Assembly: GCA_043228905.1 (NCBI GenBank)
Contig: JBHGNT010000013.1
Coordinates: forward strand, 3,224,001-3,288,000
DNA length: 64,000 bases
Direction of reading: 5' to 3'
Origin: Azolla caroliniana
Taxonomy: Eukaryota > Plantae > Polypodiophyta
Shown: positions 1 to 12,015 of the stretch, in pieces
How the letters are laid out: each line of letters opens with the position of its first letter
Numbering within the stretch: the first letter of the stretch is position 1
Notes under the pieces: model-generated
Databases searched by the model: none
What the model saw: the letters and a program-made list of their open reading frames with translations, nothing else
What the model was told of the DNA's origin: nothing
Program-made: the position numbers and the translations under genes

Positions 1-732
1 GCCGCGGAGCTGTTCGACCGGCTTGGAGTCAAGCTCTCGCTCACCACTGCGTACAATCCGGAGGCGAATGGAAAGGTGGAGCGCGGACACGGACCGATCG
101 TCAAGGCGTTGATTCGGGCATGCGGAGGCCGAGTCGGTAACTGGCCCCGGCTGCTACCTTATGCTTTGTGGGCAGACCGGACCACGCACAGTTCGGTAAC
201 CGGGTACATGCCGACGGAGCTCATGTTCGGCCAGAAGCCGATCATGCCGATTGAACGGACGATCTCCTCGTGGGCAACGGTCGACTGGAGGGTCGAGATG
301 AGCCGGGAGGAGTTGTTGGCCGCACGTATACGACAGCTCGAGCGAAGACCGGAGGACGTGGCACTGGCTGCGGAGAAGCTCCGGGTGGCGAGGACAAAGA
401 ACAAAGCCCGGTTCGACCGAACGCACCGGCTACGACCGAAGAAAATCGACGAAGGTGACTGGGTGCTCGTCTACGACAGCAGCCTCGACAACCAGCACCG
501 AGCAACGCGGAAGTTCGCACGGAGATGGTTCGGGCCGTACACGGTACAGAGCGCCAACGACAACGGGACGTATCATCTAGCGGAGCTCGACGGTACGAGA
601 ATAGCGATACCCGTGGCCGGGAAGAGGATCAAAGCTTTCAAGAAGCGGCACGACGACGAACCCGACCCGATTCTCCTGGACAGCAGCGACGACCGATCCG
701 AGGCCGAGGAAGGGCCGGCAGGCGAAGAGTAG
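1..732 (+). CDS. Gypsy integrase C-terminal part (5'-truncated by the window edge), no chromodomain
   Basis: YNPEANGKVERGH, WPRLLPYALWADRT and GPY/F motif (RRWFGPYTV) in an open frame. Confidence 0.85.
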   Translation, partial: AAELFDRLGVKLSLTTAYNPEANGKVERGHGPIVKALIRACGGRVGNWPRLLPYALWADRTTHSSVTGYMPTELMFGQKPIMPIERTISSWATVDWRVEMSREELLAARIRQLERRPEDVALAAEKLRVARTKNKARFDRTHRLRPKKIDEGDWVLVYDSSLDNQHRATRKFARRWFGPYTVQSANDNGTYHLAELDGTRIAIPVAGKRIKAFKKRHDDEPDPILLDSSDDRSEAEEGPAGEE

Positions 733-804
733 AGGCGGGCCGGTTTTCTCCGTGCCAACTTAATTTGGCGCATGCCGGTGGATGCGCGGTTAGGTGGGGG
801 CGGA

Positions 805-1529
805 TGTCGTGAAGAAAACCGCCCACAAGAGGAATCGGAGGAACAAGGCGTGGGAAACGGCTCTACACACACACGCGCGCCAGGAAGTACCTAAGGACGA
901 AGTAGGTACATACGAGGATCCTAGGTGGGAAGATTCGGTTGGTATGCAGTTAATGCCAAACGGCCCCTTGACGGGCTATAAAAGGAAGAGGAAGAATAGA
1001 AGTGGGGGTATCTCCCGCGGAGAGGACGAAGTGCTGCCGAACCGATTTCGGAGCTTCTCTCTCACTCCTGCTCTCTCTCTGTCTTCTGCTCCATCGCGTA
1101 CCTGTGCAGGTTTCGAGGAGGCCTGCGCGGTTCCGTGGAACGCCCCGAGTGCGTCCTGCAGCACCTCCGACCTGTTTTCCCTTTCTGTGCGTCGCGACAT
1201 ACAGGGGTCGGCAGCTGTTCGCCGCCCTGTTCGTTTCGTTAGTATCTATTTTTTTTTTGTGCCCCACTGTGGGTTGTAATGCTTTAGTCTGTTATTTTCT
1301 TGCATTCATAAGTACATATCTCTCGTTGTTGCGTCCATCTGCGTCGGCGTTTATTTGTGATCTCTGTTTGTTGGGCCGTGTCCCTGTGCAATTGTCGGTT
1401 CTGCGCAATCGGATCTTCGGTTCTGTGTAATCGGGTCTCTCTCTCTTACTCCTCTCTCTCTTGCTCTTCGGTTCGAGACCCCCGTGGTCCCTCCTCCTTT
1501 CTACACGCAAGGGCGTAGCAACCCCGACA
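805..1529 (+). repeat. Gypsy 3' LTR
   Basis: TGTCG/CGACA inverted termini, TATAAAA at ~977, preceded by a PPT. A related LTR lies on the minus strand at 12016-13523. Confidence 0.85.
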
Positions 1530-2323
1530 CCGGCATCTAAAGGTGTTCGGGTGTGTCGCATATGTGCATGTTGCAAAGGGCAAGAGGGCAAAGTTGCATC
1601 CGAAGTCCAGGCCATGCATATTCCTTGGATATGGCGATGATGAGTTCGGTTACCGGGTGTGGGGTCTAGTCCACAAGAAGGTGTTCCCGAGTTGGGGCAT
1701 AGTTTTCATGGAAGCTAGGACCATTGACAACTAGGAGTCGGAGAAGAAGATGATAAACTCCAGATCATCCAATGAAAATAGGATGAAGGATAGAAGGATG
1801 TACCCGGTAACCGGATGACACTCGCCGGATCGGCCGGATTCGGATAGGAAACCGAACTGACGGAAGAAGAAGAAGAAGAAGAAGAAGAAGAAGAAGAAGA
1901 AGAAGAAGACAACGGAACCGGACAAGATCCCGAATCAGATTCGGATTCAGAACAAATGGAGGAACTAGTAGTCAGAAACCAAGGACGGAGATATCCTCTC
2001 CGGGAGAGAAGAGCCCCCTGGAGATTTCCGGATGCAGAGCATCTACTGCTAATCGATGAGGGGAATGATGGCTCTACTACGATAGTCAAAGTGCCATCCT
2101 CCTTGCAAAGAACGCGGCCTACTATTCCCGGACGAAATATATCCAATGGAGGTAGCACTGGATCCGAGAGAGAGTAGAAGATCATGAGTTCGTGTTGACG
2201 AAGATCCACATGGAGGAGAACATGTCGGATATGCTGACCAAGGTGTTGACAACCGACAAGTTGGACACGTGCTGAAAGCGGATTGGGCTTGCAGACATCC
2301 CATGACGGAGTGAAGGGGGAGTT
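1530..2323 (+). pseudogene. Decayed copia (Tnt1/Tork-like) integrase-to-RNase H remnant with ~1.3-kb RT deletion
   Basis: Collinear with the intact copy at 16640-18729. Jumps from LLIDEG to RNase H near 2065. (GAA)15 at 1863-1907, PPT at 2312-2321. Confidence 0.9.
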
Positions 2324-2542
2324 TGTTGGGAAATCGGTCCCTCTGGATGGGATCCGGTGATGAATAAAGAGAACCCGTTGAGAACTGGAAGAGAAAACAT
2401 ATCTATAAATATGTTTTCTCTCAGTAAGCCTATTGAGGCTATACTTGTAAATAGCCCAAGGTTCATATAACTATAAATATGACTTTGGGCAATCACTTTA
2501 TAGTGTGTGTGATTGTATAGTTGTTGTAACTGTTGTACAGTA

Positions 2543-2584
<42 letters not shown>

Positions 2585-2819
2585 AGAGCGATACTCTGCT
2601 GTAACCGCCACAAAGCGAAGAAAAAGAGCTCGAGGTCGTTGCCTCCGAGTCTTTGATTGTACCTTTCTCATATTGTGATAGTTTGGATTTTGTGGGCTCC
2701 CGTGGTTTTTCCCTATTAGGGTTTTCCATGTAAACATCCTGTGTATTTCCTTGTGTACTCTCCATTTCCCATTTCTGTGTTTCATTATCTTTTGAAGTGA
2801 TTCAAGACTCGGTTGTGGC

Positions 2820-3255
2820 TGTCATGAACAATACTAAAACAGAGAAGGAATTAGTACTAAACGAAGGATTAGTACTATGAGAGGTGTGGAACTTCTTCGA
2901 GAGAAGGAAGAAGTGAGCGAGACAGAGAGAAAGAGAGAGATCGAGATCGAGAGAGAGTGATGATAAGAAAGATATGGATTATATGAAGAGAATATACAAT
3001 GGTGGCTAAAAGGCTTAAGACTAGCGTTGAACCAATTTGGTTCAACATAATGCCTAGTGCCCTCTTTTATAGTGTTCTCAGGAGTAATCCTGAAGCTTTT
3101 AGAATGTTCCAGAGAAATCTGGAATATACATTAATTTCCTATAATAAAATGTAAATGAAAATAATATCCTACGTATTACAATAGATGATATAATGGTCAA
3201 GAGCTCGACCCATATAACCTAAGGTCATGGGTTCGAGTCTTGCCATATCATGACA
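2820..3255 (-). repeat. Chromovirus 3' LTR
   Basis: TGTCATGA...TCATGACA termini, near-identical to 8007-8444. Confidence 0.95.
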
Positions 3256-6200
3256 CTATCCCCCCTTTAAAACGACGAGTGTCACGAGTCGTTTTGGATG
3301 GAGGACCCGGTTTGTGTGGATATTGCCGATGGAAGTCTTCAAGAAGCGCACGAGCATTGGTCACATTCTCGGTCGGTTCCCAAGTACGTCCTAGCCAATC
3401 CACTAGATAGTAGAGCTTGTTGCGAACAATCTTGGAATCAAGGATGGCGGCAACCTCGTACTCCGGTCCATCTTCAAGCTCGATCGGGAGTGGAGGTTGT
3501 ATAATACACCCTAGGATGGTGCTCTCGTGATAGGGTTCAAAGAGAGAACTATGAAACACCGGATGTATCCGAAGTTGAGGAGGTAGATCGAGACGAAAAG
3601 CGACATCATTAATCTTCCCGATAATACGGAAAGGACCTAATCGCCGATAATCTAACTTCTCACATGGGCGAGTAGTCTTGATGTGTCGTCGTAGCAGCCA
3701 CACCCGATCTCCAATGTTAAAACTAGATGGAAGTCGATGACGATCTGCGTAGACCTTGTGTGCTTGTTGAGCTTGCTGGAGATGAGTACATAAATCTGCT
3801 TGTATCTTGCGTAACTGCTCCAAACGATCCTCCGCGCAAGGATTTATGGACACCTCTGGGTTTCAAGTACACTCCACCGAGGGTGACATCCCGTATAAGC
3901 ATAAAATGGAGAAACTTTAGTCGATGCGTGGATAGAGTTATTATAGGCAAATTCGGCGAAGTGGAGAATATCTACCCAGTTATCCTGATGATAGTTGAGA
4001 AAGCACCGCAAATACTGCTTCAACGTTTGATTTGTTCGTTCGGCTTGGCCGTCGGTTTGTGGGTGGTAGCCGGTGGAGAGGTTACAAGTGACCTTGAGCA
4101 TTTTAAAAAGGTGCTTCCAGAATTTTGACACGAACTGGGGTCCACGATCGCTGATGATACTATCGGGGAGTCCATGATGCCGACATACTTCACGCATGAC
4201 AATTTCGGCGGTGTCTTCACTGGAGATTTCCTTAGTACATGGCAAGAAATGAGCCATCTTCGTATATCGATCGACCACCGTTAGAATCGCATTGAACCCC
4301 TTAGAGACTGGAAGATCTGTGATGAAGTGTAGAGCAATGGATTGCCACGGCTTGCTTGGAATTGGTAATGGTTCTAATAAACCATATGGATGATGCCTTG
4401 GCATTTTCGCTCTGCAACATGTATCACAAGTCCGAACAAAATCCTCGACAAATTGTTGCATATAGGGCCACCAGAATGATCGTTCTACTAAATGTAATGT
4501 TTTAGTACTACCAAAATGCCCAACTGTATATGTGTCATGACAGTTTTGTACTACTCGAAGGCGGCAAGAACCATTAGGAACATACAAAAGTTCTTTAAAG
4601 AAGAGTAATCCATCATGGTATTTGAATTGCCGATAGTCCGTACCTGGTTGTTGCGACTGTGAACACGACGCTCGAGAGGGATCACTTTGTGCTAGTATAG
4701 CTTAGGCGAATGCATCTGTCTTCAAGTCTTCACGTATGGTATCGATAACGCGGGAATCGATAGGCATGTCAAAGATCTGTGTTGCTTGTAGTCGTGCCGG
4801 TCCCAAGATGACTTGTTTTTGGTTATCGAAAGCTGGCTCGCCGGGACGGGGTGCTAGATACGAACGCCATGATAATGCATCTGCCTTCCCTTGGTGCCTC
4901 CCCGGACGATATGTAATTTTGAAGTCGAAACGCGTGAGGAAGTGGGCCCACCGAGCTTGACGTCGATTCAACACACGGGCATCCTGAAAGTAGGCAAGAT
5001 TCTTGTGGTCACTAAATACGGTGACTGGATGAGAGGATCCACTATTGGCAATAGCTCCTTATCATGAATTTCGTAGTTGATTTCGACGGCGTCAAACTTG
5101 CGTTAGTGAAAAGCCACAGGGTGTACCTTTTCATCATTCCCCTGTTGTGACAGAATGCTCCCCAATGCAAAATCCGATGCGTCAGCTTGGATAATGAATG
5201 GTTTTTCCGGATCGACATGAGCTAGAATTGGAGCCGATGTAAATGCCTTTTTAAGACTCTCGAAAGCCATGTCCGTTTCTTCAGACCAGATGAACGATTG
5301 TCCCTTCCTGGTAAGTTGTGTGAGAGGTAGAACGATCTTTGAGTAATCTTGTATGAACTTCCGGTAAAAATTGGCAAAGCCTAAGAAGCATTGCACATCT
5401 CGCACCGAACGCGGAGTCTGCCATTCTACCACCGTTTTGACCTTAGCTGGGTCCATGGAGATGCCTTTTGACGAAATGATGTAGCCGAGAAATTCCACTT
5501 GGTTGCACCCGAAACTACATTTTTCCAGCTTTGCATACAGACCATGTTCTCGAAGTCGTTTTAGTACTAATAGTACATGAGAATCATGTTCTTCTTGGGT
5601 CTTTGAATAAACCAGTACATCATCCAAATAGATGATCAAACAATCATCCAATAGATCTCGGAATATATCATTGGCCATGTGCTGGAAGACTGCCGGCGCA
5701 TTAGTGAGGCCGAACGGCATGACAATATACTCGAAGTGCCCATATCTGGTGCGAAACGCGGTCTTCCATTCGTCTCCTGGTCGGATCCGTACGAGGTTAT
5801 ATGCTCCCCGTAAGTCGATCTTCGTGAAGAACCTGGCACCATTGATCCGTTCTAAAAGACTTGAGATAAGGGGAAGAGCATACGTATTCCTAATTGTAAC
5901 CTTATTCAAGCCACGGTAATCTACAACGAGACGAAGCGATCCATCTTTTTTCTTGACGAAGAAAATGGGCGCGCCGGCTGGAGATTTCGAATGCCGAATG
6001 AAACCATTTTCCAAATTCTCCTCTATATAGGCCTGAAGGACTTCCAACTCGGTTGGTGACAAATTGTAGATCGGTCCCCATGGCAGCTCTTTTCCCAGTT
6101 GTAAATCGATGGGGCAATCGTACGGTCGATGATGAGGAAGTGTGTTGGCTTGTACTTTATCGAACACATCGGCGTAATGACGATACTTCTCGGGAAGTTG

Positions 6201-6781
6201 AACGGTGGATTCTTCTTTAGTGGTGCTGGAGGGGTTTACTGATATTGCAAAGAGGAACATTTCCTCCTTGCGCCCTTCTTTACGCAACTGACGTAGCGAA
6301 ATGGTTGCCATCTTCTGAGTTGACCCTTGGGTTTGTCGACACCGGATTTCTCTTGTTCTCCAATCTATGTCTGGGTTATGTAACTCGAACCACGGTAGTC
6401 CTAAAACTATAGGATGTTCGGGGATACTAATAATATTAAATGATACTACACATGCTAAGTTATCTAGGACAATATTAATGGGCTCTGACTCTTCTATGAT
6501 ATTTCCGGAAGCAATGGGACATCCATCAATGACTACTACAGAGGCTGGACACTGGAGTTTTCTTAGGGATATCTTATGAGCTTGAGCAAATTTCTTATCC
6601 ATAAAGCAAGAGTTAGCTCCGGAATCTAGGAGTGCTAGGACACGTACTGGAGGGGTACTTTTAGTACTAACTATTACTTGGGCTACGAACACATCACTAA
6701 CTTGCTTAGAGGGAATGGAACCACTAATGGGCTGCACAGGTCTAGGGCTGTCCAACCAAACGGCTCTTATTTTGGCTGGAT
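3248..6781 (-). pseudogene. pol: Chromovirus pol (PR, RT, RNase H, integrase, chromodomain), disrupted
   Basis: LLDSGA protease, YLDD RT, DASD RNase H, SDRGPQF / QTDGQAER integrase, chromodomain EYEVAAILDSK..YYLVDWLG..TWEP. Stops, frameshifts and small deletions present. Confidence 0.92.
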
Positions 6782-7932
6782 TTAGTCGTTTAACTCTTCT
6801 TCTAACTGACTAAGGACATCAAATTTGTTTGCTAGATCTCGGATATTAGTACTATTAGGACTATCAGATATCCCTACTGAAATAGGCTCGGATTTAGTAC
6901 AATTAGAACTAGCGACTATTTGGTTTACCTGTCTTCTTGGCCTATGGGGGCAATTTATTGCGATATGTCCTGGTCCACCGCAGTAAAGATATAGTCGATT
7001 TGTACGGTGTCGCTGCTTTTCTTCTTCGGATAATGGCCCTTGACGACGTGTAGTGTCAATCTCCATCGGAGTCGGAGTATTCGCTGGAGGCGCATTATAT
7101 GACTCCCTCGGAAAAGGTCTTGCTACCACTGAGGCGTAGGTGGGCTCTGATCTTGCCCTCGGCATCTGTAGCTGTCGTTCCGAACGTCACTCAAAGAGGC
7201 GGTTGTCACATCTCACTGCGCGACTGATTGCCTCTGTTAAGGACTTTGGCTCTTCGGGGAAGGTCAAGAGTAAATCCTTGACGTCGTTGTGTAAACCATA
7301 ACGGAATTGCTCCATCAACGCTTGATCATCCCAAGGGATATCGGCGGCAAGTAGGTGAAAATCTGCAGCGTATGGGAGGCTGGACGGTCACCTTGGCGTA
7401 ATCGCCGGATTTTGTTGATTGCGGTCCTGATGCTGTCAGTATCTCTGAAACATGCTTTAAACTCTCCTAGAAACTCTTCAAAATTGTTGAGTAACGGAGA
7501 TTCCTTTTCTAATAGTGGAGCGAACCATGAAAACGCTAAGCCACTTAACAAAGTGCCTACTAAACCCACTCGTGATGCATCGGTGGGATATCGGGAAGGA
7601 TGCATTTGAATAACTAATCGTACTTGGTTAAGGAACCCTCTAAACTGCGATCGCGTTCCATCGAACTTCGTGGGAAGGCCAAACTTAGGTTCTTTATGAA
7701 TCCCTTGTGTTCCGGGCCCTTGTTGTTGCATCGCTACGATGGTGGCTTCGAGTTGTTGCACGCGTAACGCAAGTTCCCCATGCTGTTGTTGCGTTTGCTG
7801 CTTTTCTAAGGAGATTTGCTGAAGATCCCCCAGCAACCGTTGGTTTTCTTGTTCCAAAGCATGGAACTTCTCCTTCAAGCATTGAAATTCCGAGAAAACA
7901 GATTGATATTCTTCAGCGCTAACAGTGGCCAT
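6782..7932 (-). pseudogene. gag: Chromovirus gag (disrupted)
   Basis: Coiled-coil N-terminus, PTKFDGTRSQFRGFLNQV, PMEID and zinc knuckle LYCGGPGHIAINC, split by a frameshift and stops. Confidence 0.85.
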
Positions 7933-8006
7933 GGGATGAAAGAAAAGAGGAATAAAAGATTAGTAGGAAATGAGAGAGATAGAAGGTAGGGAAAATTGGT
8001 TCAAAC

Positions 8007-8444
8007 TGTCATGAACAGTACTGAGATAGAGAAGGAATTAGTACTAAACGAAGGATTAGTACTATGAGAGGTGTGGAACTTCTTCGAGAGAAGGAAGAAG
8101 TGAGCGAGACAGAGAGAAAGAGAGAGATCGAGAGAGAGAGAGAGAGTGATGATAAGAAAGATATGGATTATATGAAGAGAATATACAATGGTGGCTAAAA
8201 GGCTTAAGACTGGCGTTGAACCAATTTGGTTCAACATAATGCCTAGTGCCCTCTTTTATAGTGTTCTCAGGAGTAATCCTGAAGCTTCTAGAATGTTCCA
8301 GAGAAATCTGGAATATACATTAATTTCCTATAATAAAATATAAATGAAAATAATATCCTACGTATTACAATAGATGATATAATGGTCAAGAGCTCGACCC
8401 ATATAACCTAAGGTCATGGGTTCGAGTCTTGCCATATCATGATA
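8007..8444 (-). repeat. Chromovirus 5' LTR
   Basis: Direct repeat of 2820-3255, minus-strand TATAAAA at 8254-8260. Confidence 0.95.
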
Positions 8445-8477
8445 GTGGCCGAGCAATATTCCGCATAATTCTCAACA

Positions 8478-11400
8478 ATCTGGTATTAGAGCGAACAACA
8501 TAGGAAATGGAAGAATTGTTCAACGGCATGTTCAAGCTGATCAGCTCCAACTACTCAGTGTGGAATTGGAAGATGAGGGACATGTTGGTGGTTAAAGATC
8601 TTTGGTTGCCAGTTTAGTTCGGGGACAAGAGACTGGATAAAATCGATGCCCCATTGTGGGAGGTGATGCACATGATGACAACGGCCTACATCCGGTGCTT
8701 CATCGACATGAGCCTGTACAACAACTTCAATCAAGAGAGCAAAGCTCATGAACTCTGGGAGAAGATTGACATCATGTTCCAGAACAAGAATGTTGTCAAT
8801 CGGGTTTTGGTATTTCGGAAGCTAGTGAGGCTCCGGTACGAGGACGACTCCAGTATGGTGGAGCACATGAATGCCTTCCAAGGACTGATCCACCAGGCAA
8901 CCTCGTTGGAAGTCCCTCTTACCGATGAGGTACTCCCATTACTCCTGCTCGGTTCCCTCCCGAATAGTTGGGAGACGCTAGTTGTCACGTTGGGCAACGC
9001 CGGGCCGCAAGGAAAATGGTTGTCCCTAGCAAGGGTAAAACCAAGTTTGGTAGATGAAGAAGCTCGTCGGAAGGAGGGGGAGTCCGGAACCGATCTGAAG
9101 GCCTTCGTCACAGTAGATGACCACAACCAGGGAAGAGACCGGTATTAGAGTCCCCCAAACAGAGGGAAGTCGGGGATGAGGTCGAAATCAAGGGGGAGGC
9201 CTACTTGATTCCATTGTGGGAAGCCAGGGCACTTCTAGAAGAACTGTCGGCATTTTCGGAAGGAATAAGAAACTGGCATCTCCGATTCGAAGAAGAGGTC
9301 GGACCGAAACAGTTCAGACTAAAGAGGCCCGGATCGGAAAGAAACCTGGGCAATCGCGACAAGTGAAGAGGAACTGATGCTCATCACTGAGGAGAATGAG
9401 TTAAACCTTGTCGGTGATGAGACAATGTGGGTTGTCGATTCTGGAGTGTGGTTCCACCTAACACCGGATCAGAAATGCTTCTCATCCTACACAACCGGTG
9501 ATCATGGCTATGTCCGCATGGGAAATGATGGTACATGCCGAATTATCGGCATAGGAAATGTGTTATTGACGACATCAATTGGATGCAAGTTGCTGCTAAA
9601 GGATGTCTGACACATTCCGGAGTTTCGACTGAATTTGGTATCAACCGATCGGCTAGATGATGAAGGCTACACGGGTAGTATCCGGAACGGAGTTATGGAG
9701 TTCAGGAAAGGAAGCCTAATAGTGGCTCGAGCCCGGAAGGTCAACACACTGTACTTGATGCATGCCCGGATATGCCAGGAAGAAGTGAACGTAGCCTCCG
9801 ACACTACCAGTGAGCTATGACACCAGAGACTGTGTCACATGGGTGAGAAGGGCATGAAGAGACTTGCCGAAGAAAATCTCATTCCGGTGAAGGACGTGCA
9901 ACTTGAGAAGTGCACCGATTGTCTTGCTGGCAAGGAAAACTGAACCTCCTTCCGGTCTAGACCGCCGATGAGACGGAATGCACCACTGCAGGTGGTGCAT
10001 ATCGATGTGTGTCAAGTGGACACGAAGTCACATGCCGGATCATAGTACTTCGTGACATTCATAGATGACCAATACCGGAAGTTGTGGGTCTCATTGTTGA
10101 AGACGAAGGATCTGATGCTATTCGTCTTCAAGGAACTCCACGCGAGAGTGGAAAGAGAAACTGGCCGGAAGCTGAAGGCGGTTCGAGCAGATAATGGAGG
10201 AGAATACCGGGGTAGTTCGAGGAGTACTACCAGTCGAAGGGAATCTGGCTCGAATTCACCATGCCGAAGACGCCGGAACTGAACGGGTTGGCCGAAACGA
10301 TGAACCAGAACAGAATGGAGAGAGTCTGGAGCATGCGAGCACATGCAAAGTTACCCAAGACGTTTTGGGTTGAGGCGCGGACGACGACAAGCTATGTGAT
10401 AAACAGATCACCCTCAACACCCTTGGAAGAAGACTCACCTCAGGAAGTATGGACCGTTAAAGATGTATCTTACCGACATTTGAAGGTGTTCAGGTGTCTT
10501 GCATATGTGCATGGTTCAAAGGACAAGTGGGCAAAGTTGGATCCGAAGTCGAGGCCATGCATATTCCTTGGATAAGGCGATGATGAGTTCGGTTACCTGG
10601 TGTGGGATCTGGTTGACAAGAAGGTAATCCGGAGTCGGAACATAGTCTTCATGGAAGCCAGGACTATTGCCGATTGGGAGTCTGAGAAGAACATGATCAA
10701 CTCCGGATCATGTAATGAAAACTGGCGTGAGGACAGAAGGACTTATCTAGTTCAAAACCGGATGTTAGCCGGTAACCGGATGACACTTGACGAATCGGCC
10801 AGATACGGACAGGAAACCGAACTGACCGAAGAAGAAGATGACACCAGAACCGGACAAGATCCCAAATCGGATTCGGATTCAGAATAGACGGAGGAACCGG
10901 TAGTTAGAAACCAAGGGCGGAGATATCCTCTCTGGGAGAGAAGAGCCCCTTGGAGATTTCCGGATGTAGAGCATTGTTGCTAACCGATGAGGGGGAGCCG
11001 GAAAGCTTCGAAGAAGCAAAGAGAGACACCCACAACAACAAGTGGTTGAGTGCCATGCAAGATGAGATGGATTCCTTGCATGAGAACCACACGTATGAAC
11101 TGACGGAGTTGCTGAAAGGGAAGAGAGCACTTCGGAACAAGTGGGTGTACAAGCTGAAACTGGGAGACGCCGGAAATCCACCAAGGTACAAAGCCCGAAT
11201 CGTGGTGAAGGTCTTCTAGCAAAAGAAAGGAGTGGACTTCAATGAGATCTTTGCCCCGGTAGTAAAGATGACATCCATCCAGACGGTGTTGAGCATAGCA
11301 AGAAGCATGGTCCTCGAGGTAGAGCAACTAGATGTCAAGACGACATTCCTACATGGCGACCTCGAAGAGGAGATCTACATGCATCAACCAGAAGGATTTG

Positions 11401-12015
11401 AGAAGAATGGGAAGGAGCACCTGGTGTGCGGGCTAAAGAAGAGCTTATATGGATTGAAGCAAGCTCCCCGACAATGGTACCGGAAGTTCAACTCCTTTAT
11501 GTCCGACCAAAGGTACCACAAAACGCAAGCCAATGACTGTGTGTTTGTGAAGAAATTTGACGGAGGAGATTTCTTTATACTCCTCCTGTATGTGGATGAT
11601 ATGTTGATAGTAGGAGACCGAGGCAAGATTCAGTTGCTGAAGAAGGCCTTGAACTGGACCTTCTCAATGAAAGATTTGGGACCGACAAGATAGATATTGG
11701 GAATGCACATCATCTGGGACCGGTCGAAGAAGCTATTGTGGTTGTCATAGGAAATATACGTGACAAAGGTGCTTCAACGGTTCAACATGTCGTAGGCAAA
11801 ATCGGTCGGATCGACACTTCCGGCAAACTGCAAGCTATCCGGGAAACAAAGCTCGAGGACAAAAGCGGAGAAGACGAACATGATGAAGATTCCATATGCC
11901 TCTACCATCGGAAGGTTGATGTACGCGATGGTCTGTACCCGGCTGGACATTGGATATGCAGTCGGAGTGGTGAGCTGGTTCATGAGCAATCCTTGAAGAG
12001 AGCACTGGAACACGA
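8478..12015 (+). pseudogene. Decayed copia gag-pol, 5' part (gag, PR, INT, most of RT)
   Basis: WVVDSG, RADNGGEY and LYVDD motifs with many premature stops. Ends at CTGGAACACGA where a gypsy LTR begins. Confidence 0.92.
8481..8492 (+). promoter_or_regulatory. Primer-binding site, tRNA-iMet type
   Basis: TGGTATTAGAGC (one change from TGGTATCAGAGC), 3 nt after the LTR end. Confidence 0.85.

Larger units (their letters stand above)
1..1529 (+). mobile_element. 3' end of a Ty3/gypsy LTR retrotransposon (integrase, PPT, 3' LTR) inserted into a copia integrase
   Basis: Integrase C-terminus, purine tract ~792-804, LTR TGTCG(805)...CGACA(1529). Copia integrase codons (RHLKVFGC) start directly after the LTR. 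Confidence 0.9.
2820..8444 (-). mobile_element. Full-length, mutated chromovirus (Ty3/gypsy, Tcn1-like)
   Basis: LTRs 2820-3255 and 8007-8444, TSD GTGGC (2815-2819 / 8445-8449), PPT AAAGGGGGGATAG at 3256-3268, domain order gag-PR-RT-RH-INT-chromodomain. Confidence 0.95.
2324..8477 (+). repeat. Copia LTR (2324-2819 + 8450-8477) split by the chromovirus insertion
   Basis: Starts TGTTGGG after a PPT and ends CTCAACA before a PBS. Similar to the LTRs at 13942 and 53792. Confidence 0.85.

Noticed and set aside
3183-3251. Functional tRNA gene
   Set aside because: Acceptor, D and anticodon stems do not pair properly, and the sequence is part of both LTRs. Reported only as tRNA-like.
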